64,000 bases of DNA from an uncultured Acidobacteriota bacterium (GTDB lineage Bacteria > Acidobacteriota > Thermoanaerobaculia > Multivoradales > UBA5704): contig CAVYRF010000002.1 in NCBI GenBank assembly GCA_963770895.1, positions 2,080,001 through 2,144,000 of the forward strand, in the 5' to 3' direction. Below are positions 16,908-26,488 of this stretch, piece after piece. The notes beneath the pieces were generated by a model. That model did no database searches. It worked only from the letters and a program-made list of their open reading frames with translations, and was not told the origin of the DNA. Both the position numbers and the translations under genes were made by a program. Each line of letters begins with the position of its first letter. Position 1 is the stretch's first letter.

Positions 16908-19446
16908 GTTCTAGATACAACCTGAGCCAAAGCGCATACCCGAAGTCCTCCGACCAATAGAAGCGAGGTGTGTGCGCCGTGAAATCGTTGTGATAGAGGA
17001 GCGGCGGGTTCAGCCGCACCGATGCGAAGTCATCTTGCGCCAGGTTGCGCAACAGCGCAAGGGTCTGGCTGGATGCCGCCGCGGCGGGGGAATTTGTGCC
17101 GCGCAGGGCGGTCAGCAGGCGCCCCGCGTCCAGCCAGATCTGCTGGCCTGCCTCCGCCATGTTCAACCGTTGCTCGGGGATGCGCAACGGGCATCCCGCC
17201 AGCGGCAGGTCGGCCTGCCGCAGCAGCGGCACCAGGGGCGCGGCCTGGTAGTAGACCCACAGCCGCGGCTCCGCGATCGTGCGGCGCAGGGCGTCGCACA
17301 GGGCGGCGGCGGCCGGCGGGTCGGCCTGGGCGAGCAGCAGCAGCACGTGCATCTGGATGCCCACGTCGGCAGGGTCCGGGTCCGTCCCCGGATCGAGGCA
17401 CTGGTAGCGCTCGCGTGGCGCGAGCCAGGTGCGGTACAGGCCGTCGCGGGTGCGGTATTGCGCCAGGACGGCCAGCGCCCGCGCCAGCAGCTGGCGGTCG
17501 CCGGTTCCCGCCAGCCGCCACGTCAGCGCGGTGTCGTCGGCGTCGGGGGTGATGACGCAGCCAAGGGTGTGGATGGTGGGGCCGTCGGGCCGGCCGTGAT
17601 AGCGCACCAGCCCGCTTTCCTCGATCTGGCCGCTCAGGTGCGCCCGCGCGCGAGCCAGGTTGTCGTCGAGCCCCGCCGCCGCCGCGACCGGCGCCAGCAG
17701 GTCCAGCATCATCGCCGTCAGATAAGTGTTCATCTCGGCGTGCGGTTGAGTGAAGCGCGGCGCCGGCGTGTGCCAGGTGAGCCAGAAGCCTGCCGGCCGC
17801 TGGTCGCCCGCGATGCGCCGCGCCGCCTGCCGCGCCGCCGCGGCGAGCCCGCCGGCGTCGCTCCGGCGCAAGGTTCCGCCCGCCGCACCGGCGTCCGGCG
17901 GCGGCTGCTGCTGCGGAGCCGCGACCGGTGCTCCCGGTCCGGCGGGCGAAGCCGGATCGCGCCGCGCCACCGGCGCCGGCACCAGGGTGGCGCCGTGATC
18001 TGCCGGCGGCAGGGTGACGCCGTTGCGAGCCGGCGGGGCCGCCGGCCGCACGGCCGGGCGGTCGCCGCCGTGGAACGGCAGGGTGAAGGCGGCCGGCTTG
18101 TGGCGCGGCTCGACCAGGAAGGGGATGTTGTGGGGATCCCAGGTGGCGCGCATCTCTCCGGGCGCTCCGGGGCGCACGGCGAAGATCGCGGCATCGCTGG
18201 CGCCGCCGTACCAGAAAGCGCCCACCGCCTGGATGGCGATCGAGACGGCGATCGCCGCGGCGAAGGCGGCGCGGCCGGCGCCGCGCAGGGCGGCGAGGGC
18301 GGGCGGCAGCATCCACACCAGCAACGGCACCAGGTCGGTGAGCCAGCGCTGTCCCCAGGAACGGCCGCCCCGCCAATCGGCCTTGGCGTAAAAGAGGATC
18401 TGGACGGCCATGGCGATGGCGACGGCGATGGTCAGCCAGCGCGTGCGCGGGTCGCGCAGGGCGCGGCGGAAGCCGGCCGGGACCAGCAGCAGGAACGGCG
18501 AGAAGACCAGCAGGCCTCGCGTCGGGCTGACCAGCATGCCGGCGACGCCGGCCAGCAGCTCGTTGCGGAAGAAGTCCGACTGCTTCTGCCTGGGGATGCC
18601 GTAGGCGCCGATGAGCTTGCCGGTCACCGCCAGGTTGTAGATCACGACCAGGCAGATCGGCACCGCCGCGCCGGCCGCCAGCCAGGCTGCCCGGCGGTAG
18701 CCGGCCCAGCGCAGGGCGTACAGCCCGAGCGCCGCCGCCAGCAGGGCGTCGGGCGGGCGGTTGCCGGCGATCAATCCGCACAGCACGCCCACCGCCAGCG
18801 CCCGTCCGGCGGTGCACGGACCGGTGAGCAGGAGCAGCGCGCCGACCAGCAGCAGCTCGGCAAGCCCATGCTGCCACAGGGCCTGGCTGCCGATCATCCA
18901 GGTGTCGGTGCCGAAGGCGAAGGCCGCCGTCAACAGCAGGGCGTCCGCGGGCTCGGCGCGCCGCCGCAGCAGCAGGTAGAACAGCGCCGACGCCGCGGCG
19001 GCAAGCAGCGACGAGACGCCCTTTTCCATCGCCGCCGCCGTGTGCAGCAACCGCGACGCCGTCCAGCCGCGGTGGTTGAGATAGGCGACCGCGGGCAGGT
19101 AGAGCGGCGCAATCAGCACCGGGAGCACCACCGGGTAGAGGGAGATCGAATGGTCGTCGCGGCCCTGCACGATCCAGTAAGGCTGCGGATGGCCTTCGGT
19201 CGTGGCCTGCAGGATGGGGTCGAGCAGGAGGGTGCCGTACCGCCACATGGCGAACGGCTGATAGCGCGCGGGCAGCGAGTCGCCGGTGCCGACGACCCGC
19301 AGGTTTGCGTTGTAGACCACCAGGCAGAGCAGCCCCACCAGCAGGCTGATGCGCAGGTCGCGGCGCCGCCGCGCCGGCTCCGGGGCGCCGGCGGGGATCG
19401 ACACTCCGGCGCCTGCGGGAGCTGGCTTTGCTTGCGAGTCCGTCAA
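16870..19446 (-). CDS. Fusion of a GT-C-like membrane glycosyltransferase domain and a class II terpene cyclase-like (DxDDTA) domain
   Basis: N-half about 10 TM with SPTRGLLVFSP and WGQRWLTD; Pro/Ala linker; C-terminal ~300 aa with QRPAGFW and TPDADDTA (17527-17544); start estimated at TTG 19446. Confidence 0.7.
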   Translation of the reverse strand: MTDSQAKPAPAGAGVSIPAGAPEPARRRRDLRISLLVGLLCLVVYNANLRVVGTGDSLPARYQPFAMWRYGTLLLDPILQATTEGHPQPYWIVQGRDDHSISLYPVVLPVLIAPLYLPAVAYLNHRGWTASRLLHTAAAMEKGVSSLLAAAASALFYLLLRRRAEPADALLLTAAFAFGTDTWMIGSQALWQHGLAELLLVGALLLLTGPCTAGRALAVGVLCGLIAGNRPPDALLAAALGLYALRWAGYRRAAWLAAGAAVPICLVVIYNLAVTGKLIGAYGIPRQKQSDFFRNELLAGVAGMLVSPTRGLLVFSPFLLLVPAGFRRALRDPRTRWLTIAVAIAMAVQILFYAKADWRGGRSWGQRWLTDLVPLLVWMLPPALAALRGAGRAAFAAAIAVSIAIQAVGAFWYGGASDAAIFAVRPGAPGEMRATWDPHNIPFLVEPRHKPAAFTLPFHGGDRPAVRPAAPPARNGVTLPPADHGATLVPAPVARRDPASPAGPGAPVAAPQQQPPPDAGAAGGTLRRSDAGGLAAAARQAARRIAGDQRPAGFWLTWHTPAPRFTQPHAEMNTYLTAMMLDLLAPVAAAAGLDDNLARARAHLSGQIEESGLVRYHGRPDGPTIHTLGCVITPDADDTALTWRLAGTGDRQLLARALAVLAQYRTRDGLYRTWLAPRERYQCLDPGTDPDPADVGIQMHVLLLLAQADPPAAAALCDALRRTIAEPRLWVYYQAAPLVPLLRQADLPLAGCPLRIPEQRLNMAEAGQQIWLDAGRLLTALRGTNSPAAAASSQTLALLRNLAQDDFASVRLNPPLLYHNDFTAHTPRFYWSEDFGYALWLRLYLEHERRQGGDAGLR

Positions 19447-19608
19447 CGGCGGCTGTCCAGAGGTTGTAAGGGTACCATGCGCGCCCGCGCCGCCGGCAGC
19501 TCCCACCGCCTTGGCCGCCGGCAGGGTTCCGCCGCGAAGAAGAGTGCCGGCGCGCCCGGCACCTGTGGCAAGATCTGGCAAAACGCCGCAAGATCTGAGG
19601 AGAGCGGA

Positions 19609-20040
19609 ATGTCCAAGGTCAACACCGGCCGGGTGCTGGTTGCCGGGCTGGTCGCGGGTCTGGTCATCGATGTCGTCGATTTCGTGGTCAACGTCCCGAT
19701 CCTCGGCCAGCAGTGGAAGGACGGTACCGCGGCGCTCGGGGTCAGGGAGGGGTCGGTGGCGATGCAGTCGGCCCTGGGCTGGATCTGCCTCGACCTGTTC
19801 GCCGGCCTCTTCACCGCCTGGCTGTACGCCGCCATCCGGCCGCGCTTCGGCGCGGGGGCGAAGACCGCCCTGTGCGCCGGCTTCGCGGTCTGGTTGCTCG
19901 AGCACTTCGCGCTCGGCAGCCTCTTCTGGAACGGTCTCTACCCGCTGGCGCTGGTCGTTTCGTCGTCGGTGGGGGGGCTGGTGGCGAACCTTGCCGGCGG
20001 TTGGGTCGGCGGCAAGCTCTATCGGGAAGACGCCGCCTAG
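19609..20040 (+). CDS. Small 4-TM hypothetical membrane protein
   Basis: GAGGAG RBS, ATG 19609; MSKVNTGRVLVAGLVAG.., WLYAAIRPRFG; real ORF is the tail of track ORF 16972..20040. Confidence 0.75.
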   Translation: MSKVNTGRVLVAGLVAGLVIDVVDFVVNVPILGQQWKDGTAALGVREGSVAMQSALGWICLDLFAGLFTAWLYAAIRPRFGAGAKTALCAGFAVWLLEHFALGSLFWNGLYPLALVVSSSVGGLVANLAGGWVGGKLYREDAA

Positions 20041-20046
20041 CCAGCG

Positions 20047-21057
20047 TCAGCGAGCTGCCGGCGACCCTGGGGGCCGGCCACTCGCAGCCAGCCGCTGCTG
20101 GATGCTCTGCCGCCACAGCTCGAAGAGCGGCGTGGCGCTGCCGTCCGCTGCGGCAGGCGGCGCCGCGCTAGGCAGGTCGAGCGGCGAAGCGGTGGCGGGC
20201 AGCGCTTCGTCGGTCACCTCCGCCGCCCGTTCCGCCGTCATGCCGCACAGGACCGACGCGGCCAGGGCAGTGCCGGCGGTCGGGATGCCGGCCCGCAGGC
20301 GCGCCTTGACGGCAAAGGCCGCACCTTGGGCCAGGGCGGCGGCGGCGGGGCCGGCCGCCTGACGCAGGCTTGCCACGCCGGCGCGCTCGATGCCGCCCGC
20401 ATAGGCGCAGGCCAGCCCGACGCCCGACCACAGATCCGCCTGGCGGGCCTGGGGAAAGGCGGCGATGTCGGCGGCGATGCGCGCCGGATCGGCGCCTTCG
20501 ACAAACCACAGGCTCCTGCCGACTCCCTGGTCGAAAACCCGCCGCGCATATCCCTTCAGGCGCTGCGGCACCTGCTGGCGGGCGACCGCCTGCGGCCAGT
20601 GGAAAAAGCCCTGGTGGAAGCCGTAGCCGTCGAGCGCCAGCCAGCCATAGACCGGGTGCAGCCTGCCCAGCAGCCGCTCGACCGGCAGCGGCAGCCGCGC
20701 CAGCGCCCAGCCGGCGCCGACGTGGATGATGTAGACGTGGGCGTCGCCCGCCGCGGACGCCAGCAATCGCTGCAACCGGCCGCTCCGCCAGGGCGTCAGC
20801 GTGTCGAGCACGGTGAGCGCCATCGCCGCCCCTTCGAAGGCGAATCCCTGCCATTCGCGCGGCACCTCGGCGCCGATCCGCGCCGCCAGGGGTTCGGGCT
20901 GGTCCACCTCCAGGGCCGTCATGTAGCCCCGCACGAAGCACTGCCCGACCTGCTCCAGGTGGCCGCGCAGCGACGCGGAATCGCAGCGAAAGCCACGCCG
21001 CTCAAACGACGTCTCGCGCGGCGAGATCCCCAGCAGCCTTCGCCTCAGAGCGCTCAT
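20047..21057 (-). CDS. DUF1702 family protein (enediyne PKSE-cassette UnbL/E3-like)
   Basis: GFAFEGAAM, HVGAGWA, DGYGFHQGFF, FDQGVGRSLWF, DLWSGVGLACAYAG. Confidence 0.8.
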   Translation of the reverse strand: MSALRRRLLGISPRETSFERRGFRCDSASLRGHLEQVGQCFVRGYMTALEVDQPEPLAARIGAEVPREWQGFAFEGAAMALTVLDTLTPWRSGRLQRLLASAAGDAHVYIIHVGAGWALARLPLPVERLLGRLHPVYGWLALDGYGFHQGFFHWPQAVARQQVPQRLKGYARRVFDQGVGRSLWFVEGADPARIAADIAAFPQARQADLWSGVGLACAYAGGIERAGVASLRQAAGPAAAALAQGAAFAVKARLRAGIPTAGTALAASVLCGMTAERAAEVTDEALPATASPLDLPSAAPPAAADGSATPLFELWRQSIQQRLAASGRPPGSPAAR

Positions 21058-21179
21058 GCTAAGGAATTGTACCGCCGAACGGCGGCGGACGTGGGCGCGT
21101 GGGCGGCCTGCCGCCCGCGGCCCTTGGGGCGGTGGCGGGCTGCCGGTATGATCGGCGCACCTTGGAAGAGGAGCCCGCG

Positions 21180-22223
21180 ATGTCTCCGACCGCGACCACC
21201 CAGCCGGCGCTGGCGGCGCCCGATCTGACGCAGATTCGCGAAGCGCGCCAGCGCTTGCGCGGCCTGGCGATCGAAACGCCGCTGCTGCGGCTCAATTGGG
21301 AGCCGCCGGCCGGCCCGGCCGGCGCTGCCGGCGCGGCGGCCTTCCCCGAGATCTATCTCAAGCTGGAAAACCTGCAGCCGATCGGCTCTTTCAAGGTGCG
21401 CGGCGCCGCCAATGCCATGCTGCTGGCGGGGCGCGAGCGGCTGGCCGCCGGCGTCTACACCGCCAGCGCCGGCAACATGGCGCAGGGTGTGGCGTGGAGT
21501 GCGCGGCGCCTGGGCGTGCCGGCCACGGCGGTGGTGCCCGACCACGCGCCGGCGACCAAGCTGGCGGCGATCGAGCGCCTGGGCGGCACCGTGGTCAAGG
21601 TGCCGTTCGAGCGCTGGTGGCAGGTCATCACCGACCATTCGTACCCCGGCATCCCCGGCCTGTTCGTGCACCCGGTGAGCGACACCGCGGTGATGGCCGG
21701 CAACGGCACCATCGCGCTGGAGATCCTGGAGCAGCTGCCGGACGTGGATGCCGTGCTGGTGCCCTACGGGGGCGGCGGTCTGTCCTGCGGCATCGCCGCC
21801 GGGCTGCGCGCGCTGCGGCCGCAGGCGGCGGTGTACGGCTGCGAGGTGACGACCGCCGCGCCGCTCAGCGCTGCGCTCGCCGCCGGCAGCCCGCAGGTGA
21901 TCGACTACCAGCCGACCTTCGTCGACGGCATCGGCGGCAAGAGCCTGCTGCCCGAAATGTGGGCCCTGGCGCAGGGCCTGCTGGCCGGCGCCCGGGTGGT
22001 GCCGATCGCCGCGGTCGCCGCCGCCGTGCGCCTGCTCGCCGAGCGCAACCGCGTCATCGCCGAGGGGGCGGGCGCCTGCGCGCTGGCCGCCGCCCTGGCC
22101 CCCTGGACGGGAGACGCCGGCGCGCCGCCGCCGCTCGCGGCGCGCAAGATCGTCTGCATCGTGTCGGGCGGCAACATCGACGCCGCCAAGCTCGCCACCA
22201 TTTTCGCCGGCGCCGTGCCCTGA
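21180..22223 (+). CDS. PLP-dependent threonine/serine dehydratase family protein
   Basis: LKLENLQPIGSFKVRG, ASAGN, VPYGGGGL, VSGGNID; no C-terminal regulatory domain; GAGGAG RBS. Confidence 0.9.
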   Translation: MSPTATTQPALAAPDLTQIREARQRLRGLAIETPLLRLNWEPPAGPAGAAGAAAFPEIYLKLENLQPIGSFKVRGAANAMLLAGRERLAAGVYTASAGNMAQGVAWSARRLGVPATAVVPDHAPATKLAAIERLGGTVVKVPFERWWQVITDHSYPGIPGLFVHPVSDTAVMAGNGTIALEILEQLPDVDAVLVPYGGGGLSCGIAAGLRALRPQAAVYGCEVTTAAPLSAALAAGSPQVIDYQPTFVDGIGGKSLLPEMWALAQGLLAGARVVPIAAVAAAVRLLAERNRVIAEGAGACALAAALAPWTGDAGAPPPLAARKIVCIVSGGNIDAAKLATIFAGAVP

Positions 22224-22343
22224 GCCGCCTGGTCCGCCCGGCCGGCGCCCGGCAGACGCGCGCCCGGCGGCAGAAACCTGGCGGGTGTCGGGGAGGTAGT
22301 ACGGTGCGTAGGAGTCGGCGATTCCAGGGAGGCCACCGGCGCC

Positions 22344-24803
22344 ATGCATCGACTAGCCGCCAAGTTCCACTCGCTGGGCGGGTCCGTGATCCAGGACCTG
22401 CGCTGGAGCGTGCGCACGCTGGCCAAGAACCGGGCGTTCACCGCCGTGACGGTGATCACACTGGCGCTTGGCATCGGCGCCAACACCGCGATCTTCAGCG
22501 TCGTGCATGCGGTGCTGTTGCAGGATCTGCCCTATCCGCACCCCGAAACGCTGGTGCGCATCATCGAGCACGACAAGAACAACGGCGACATGATGGCGGC
22601 GTATCCCGACTTTCTGGACTGGCGGCAGAGCCCGGCCCTGGCGGCGCTCGCGCCCTACCATTTTGACGATTACAACCTGACGGGCGTCGACCCGCCGGTG
22701 CGCCTGCGCGGGGTGCAGGTTTCGGCCGACTTCTTTGTCGCCACCGGCCTGGGCGCGGCGTTGGGGCGCACGTTCGGCGCCGCCGAGGACCGGGCGGGCG
22801 GCGCGCCGGTGGCGTTGCTGACGCGAGGCTGCTGGCGCTCGCGATTCGGCGCCGACCCGCAGGTGCTCGGCCGGTCGCTGGTGCTCAACAGCGTGAGCAC
22901 CACCGTGATCGGCGTCCTGCCGGCGGAATTCTGGCTGCCGCAGGCGGTGGACGTCGTGGTGCCCTTCGGCCCGGTCGTCGCCAGCTCCGCCGACTGGATG
23001 AAGCGCGGCGAGCACGACGGCTTGCGCGTCCTGGCGCGGCTGGCGCCCGGCGTGTCGCTGACGCAGGCACAGAGCAGCGTCACCGCCATCATGGCTCGCC
23101 TGGAACGCCAATACCCGCGCACCAACAGCGGCGAAACCGCCTACGTCAGGACTTTCCACGAAACGGTGGTGCGGGACGTGCGCCCCATCTTGTACGTGCT
23201 GCTGGCGGCGGTCGGCTTCGTGCTGCTGACCGCTTGTGCCAACGTCGCCAACCTGCTGCTGGCTCGCGCCGCCGAGCGGCAAAAGGAGATGGCGGTGCGG
23301 GCCGCGCTGGGATCGGGCCGGCGACGCCTGGTGCAGCAGGCGCTGTGCGAAAGCGCGGTGCTGTCGGCGCTCGGCGGCGGCCTCGGCCTGGCGGTGGCCG
23401 CGGCGGCGATGCGGCCGCTGCTGGCCCTGGCGCCGGCCGACATTCCGCGCCTGCACGACGCGCAGCTCAACCTGGGCGTGCTGGCCTTCGTCACCGCCGT
23501 GTCGCTCGTCGCCGGGCTGCTCTTCGGCCTGGTGCCGGCGCTCGACGCTTCGCGGCCGGAAGTGGTGGCCAGCCTCAAGCAGGCGACGCGCGGCGCCAGC
23601 GCCGGGCGCGGCGGGGCGCGGTTGCGCAACGGCGTGCTGGTGACGGAAGTGGCCCTGGCGCTCGTCCTGGCGACCGGCGCCGGCCTGATGATCCGCAGCA
23701 TCGTGCGGGTACAGCAGGAGCCGCCGGGATTCCGCCCCGACCACGTGCTGACCTTCGGCGTCCGCCTGCCGGACGGCCGCTACCCGCATCCCGAGCAGCA
23801 GGCGCGCTTCTTCGCCCAGGCCCTGGAGCGCCTGGCAGCGGTGCCGGGCGTGCGGTCGGCAGCCACCGTGCGCTGTCCGCCGATGGCCGGGGACTGCTGG
23901 GATTCGGGCTACACCCTGGGGGACCGCCCGGTGCCGCCGCCGGCCGAGATGCTCGACTTCGACTCCAACATGGTAAGCGCCGACTACTTCCAGACCATGG
24001 GCATCCCACTCATCGCCGGGCGCGTCTTCACCCGGCTGGACGACCTCAAGTCGCCGCCGGTGGTGGTGATCAACCAGACGCTGGCGCGCCGGATGTGGCC
24101 TCACGGCAACCCGATCGGCCAGCGCCTCAAGCAGGGACTGCCCGGTGAACCGGACCCCTGGCGCGAGATCGTCGGCGTGGTCGGCGACGTCCGGCGCGCC
24201 GGGCCCGACGCCAAGCAGGCCATGGAGGTGTTCATGCCGATCGCCCAGCACGGTTTCTGGCAGGGGCAGGCCAGCTTCGTGGTGCGCACGGCGGCGGCGC
24301 CGATGAGCGCCGTCAAGGCGGTCGCGTCGGCCATCGCCCAGGTCGATCGCGATCAGCCGCTGGAGGACGTGCAGCCGATCACGCAATACATGAGCGAGTC
24401 GCTGGCGCGGCGCAACTTCGCGACCCTGCTGCTCGGCCTGTTCGGCGCCATCGCCCTGGCTCTCGCCACCGTCGGCACCTACGGCGTCATGGCGTACGGG
24501 GTCAGCCTGCGGCGGCGCGAAATGGGCATCCGCATGGCGCTCGGAGCCCAGCGCGGCGACATCCTGCGCCTGGTGGTGGGCCAGGGGCTCGGCCTGGCCG
24601 GGCTCGGCATCGCCGCCGGCCTGGCGGGGTCGTTCGCCTTGACCCGCTTCGTGTCCAAGCTGCTGTTCGGCATCTCCGCCACCGACCCGGTGACCTTCCT
24701 CACCGCGGCGCTGCTGGTGTGCGCCGTCGCCGGATTGGCCAGCTTCGTGCCGGCGCGCCGCGCCACCGAAGGAGACCCCGCCGCGGCGCTGTTCGTGGAA
24801 TGA
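22344..24803 (+). CDS. Second ADOP-type duplicated MacB/FtsX ABC permease
   Basis: QDLRWSVRTL, LALGIGANTAIFS, ACANVANLLLAR, EMGIRMALGA; start may be GTG at 22386. Confidence 0.92.
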   Translation: MHRLAAKFHSLGGSVIQDLRWSVRTLAKNRAFTAVTVITLALGIGANTAIFSVVHAVLLQDLPYPHPETLVRIIEHDKNNGDMMAAYPDFLDWRQSPALAALAPYHFDDYNLTGVDPPVRLRGVQVSADFFVATGLGAALGRTFGAAEDRAGGAPVALLTRGCWRSRFGADPQVLGRSLVLNSVSTTVIGVLPAEFWLPQAVDVVVPFGPVVASSADWMKRGEHDGLRVLARLAPGVSLTQAQSSVTAIMARLERQYPRTNSGETAYVRTFHETVVRDVRPILYVLLAAVGFVLLTACANVANLLLARAAERQKEMAVRAALGSGRRRLVQQALCESAVLSALGGGLGLAVAAAAMRPLLALAPADIPRLHDAQLNLGVLAFVTAVSLVAGLLFGLVPALDASRPEVVASLKQATRGASAGRGGARLRNGVLVTEVALALVLATGAGLMIRSIVRVQQEPPGFRPDHVLTFGVRLPDGRYPHPEQQARFFAQALERLAAVPGVRSAATVRCPPMAGDCWDSGYTLGDRPVPPPAEMLDFDSNMVSADYFQTMGIPLIAGRVFTRLDDLKSPPVVVINQTLARRMWPHGNPIGQRLKQGLPGEPDPWREIVGVVGDVRRAGPDAKQAMEVFMPIAQHGFWQGQASFVVRTAAAPMSAVKAVASAIAQVDRDQPLEDVQPITQYMSESLARRNFATLLLGLFGAIALALATVGTYGVMAYGVSLRRREMGIRMALGAQRGDILRLVVGQGLGLAGLGIAAGLAGSFALTRFVSKLLFGISATDPVTFLTAALLVCAVAGLASFVPARRATEGDPAAALFVE

Positions 24804-24831
24804 GCGACGCGCCGCCGGCGGCCGGCGCGGC

Positions 24832-26382
24832 TCAGCGCGCCGCCGGCGGGTCCTGTGCGGCGCCCGTGTCTGTTGCCGGTGCTGTGAGGGCGAGCCGGCT
24901 GTGGCGCCGGCCGTAGCCGAAGTAGATCGCCAGGCCGAGGGCGAGCCAGCCGACCAGGCGCAGCCAGTTGACGGCGGGCAGCGAGAACATCAGCAGCAGG
25001 CAGCTGCCGATGCCGCACAGCGGCACCAGCGGCATCAGGGGCACGCGAAAGGGGCGGGCGGCCCGCGGGTGGGTGCGGCGCATGACCAGCACGGCGCCGC
25101 AGACCAGCACGAAGGCGAGCAGCGTCCCCATGTTGACCAGCAGCAGCAGGATGTCAATCGGCAGGAAGGCGGCCAGCAGGGCGACGAAGGCGCCGGTGGC
25201 GAGGGTCGATTTCCACGGCGTGCCGAAGCGCGGATGCACGGCGGCGAAGAAGCGTCTGGGAAGCAGCCCGTCGCGCGCGATGGCGAGCAGGATGCGCGTC
25301 TGGCCGAGCATGGTCACCAGCAGCACCGAGGTGATGCCGGCGATGCCCGCCAGGGCGATGACGAACTGCGCCCAGCGCAGGCCGACGCGGCGGAAGGCGT
25401 CGGCGACGGGCGCGCTGACGTCGAGCTGCGCGTAGGGGACCATGCCGGTCAAGACCGCCACCACGGCGATGTACAGCGCCGTGCAGATCAGCAGCGAGGC
25501 CAGGATGGCGATCGGCACGTCGCGCTGCGGCCGCCGCGCCTCCTCGGCCTGCGTCGCGACCGAATCGAAGCCGATGTAGGCAAAAAAGGCGAGCGCCGCG
25601 CCGGCCAGCATGCCGACCGGCTGGCCGGCGGCGTCGGTGCGTCCAGCCAGGGTGTGGCCGAAGAAATTGATGCCGGTCAAGCCGAACGGCGCGAACGGAT
25701 GCCAGTTGGCGGTCTTGACGTAGAAGGCGCCCACGGCGACGACGAACAGCACCGCCGTCACCTTGATCGCCACCAGGACGGAATTCAGGCCGGCGCTCTC
25801 GCGGATGCCGGCGACCAGGACGGCGGTGATCACGATGACGATGGCGAACGCGGGGAGGTTGATCAGCGCGTGCGCCGGCGTCATCGCGCCGGGGACGCCG
25901 GGGGCGCCGGGCGGTCCGCCGCCGATCGCCGGCCCGCGCAGCGCCGCCGGCAGCGCCAGGCCGAAGATGCCGAGCACGTTCTGAAAGTACCCCGACCAGC
26001 CGGTGGCGACGGTGGCGGCGCTGACCGCGTATTCGAGCGTCAGGTCCCAGCCGATGATCCAGGCGAACAGCTCGCCCAGCGTGGCGTAGGCGTAGGTGTA
26101 GGCCGATCCGGCGACCGGCACCATGCCGGCGAACTCGCAGTAGCACAGGGCGGCGAACAGGCAGGCCAGCCCGGCGACCACGTAGGAGAGCATCAGCGCG
26201 GGGCCGGTCGTCTGGCGCGCGATGGCGCCGGTGGTGACGAAGATGCCGGCGCCGATCACCGCGCCGATGCCCAGGCTGGTGAGCTGGACCGGTCCCAGCA
26301 CGCGGCGCAGGCGACCCTCCTCCTGCTGCGCATCGGACAACAGCTGGGCCAGCGGCTTGACGGCAAACAGGGATCCGGCCAT
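24832..26382 (-). CDS. APC-family amino acid permease
   Basis: GIGAVIGAGIF, GSAYTYAY, FFAYIGFDSV, multi-TM; GAGGAGG RBS. Confidence 0.92.
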   Translation of the reverse strand: MAGSLFAVKPLAQLLSDAQQEEGRLRRVLGPVQLTSLGIGAVIGAGIFVTTGAIARQTTGPALMLSYVVAGLACLFAALCYCEFAGMVPVAGSAYTYAYATLGELFAWIIGWDLTLEYAVSAATVATGWSGYFQNVLGIFGLALPAALRGPAIGGGPPGAPGVPGAMTPAHALINLPAFAIVIVITAVLVAGIRESAGLNSVLVAIKVTAVLFVVAVGAFYVKTANWHPFAPFGLTGINFFGHTLAGRTDAAGQPVGMLAGAALAFFAYIGFDSVATQAEEARRPQRDVPIAILASLLICTALYIAVVAVLTGMVPYAQLDVSAPVADAFRRVGLRWAQFVIALAGIAGITSVLLVTMLGQTRILLAIARDGLLPRRFFAAVHPRFGTPWKSTLATGAFVALLAAFLPIDILLLLVNMGTLLAFVLVCGAVLVMRRTHPRAARPFRVPLMPLVPLCGIGSCLLLMFSLPAVNWLRLVGWLALGLAIYFGYGRRHSRLALTAPATDTGAAQDPPAAR

Positions 26383-26488
26383 GGCGCCTCCTCCTCGGTG
26401 CGGCGCCGCGCCGGCGGCGGCCGCGTACGCTGCCGTCAGCGTAGAAAGGACGCGGGGGGAGGATCTATGCCGGGGCCTCCGGCCACCT

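Noticed and set aside
16972-19608. 1022-aa plus-strand ORF 16972..20040
   Set aside because: Only the last 143 codons (from ATG 19609 with RBS) look real; the rest is the shadow of the GT-cyclase gene
3147-21057. AlkZ-like plus DUF1702 as a genotoxin (enediyne) cluster
   Set aside because: About 16 kb apart with unrelated genes between them and no PKS
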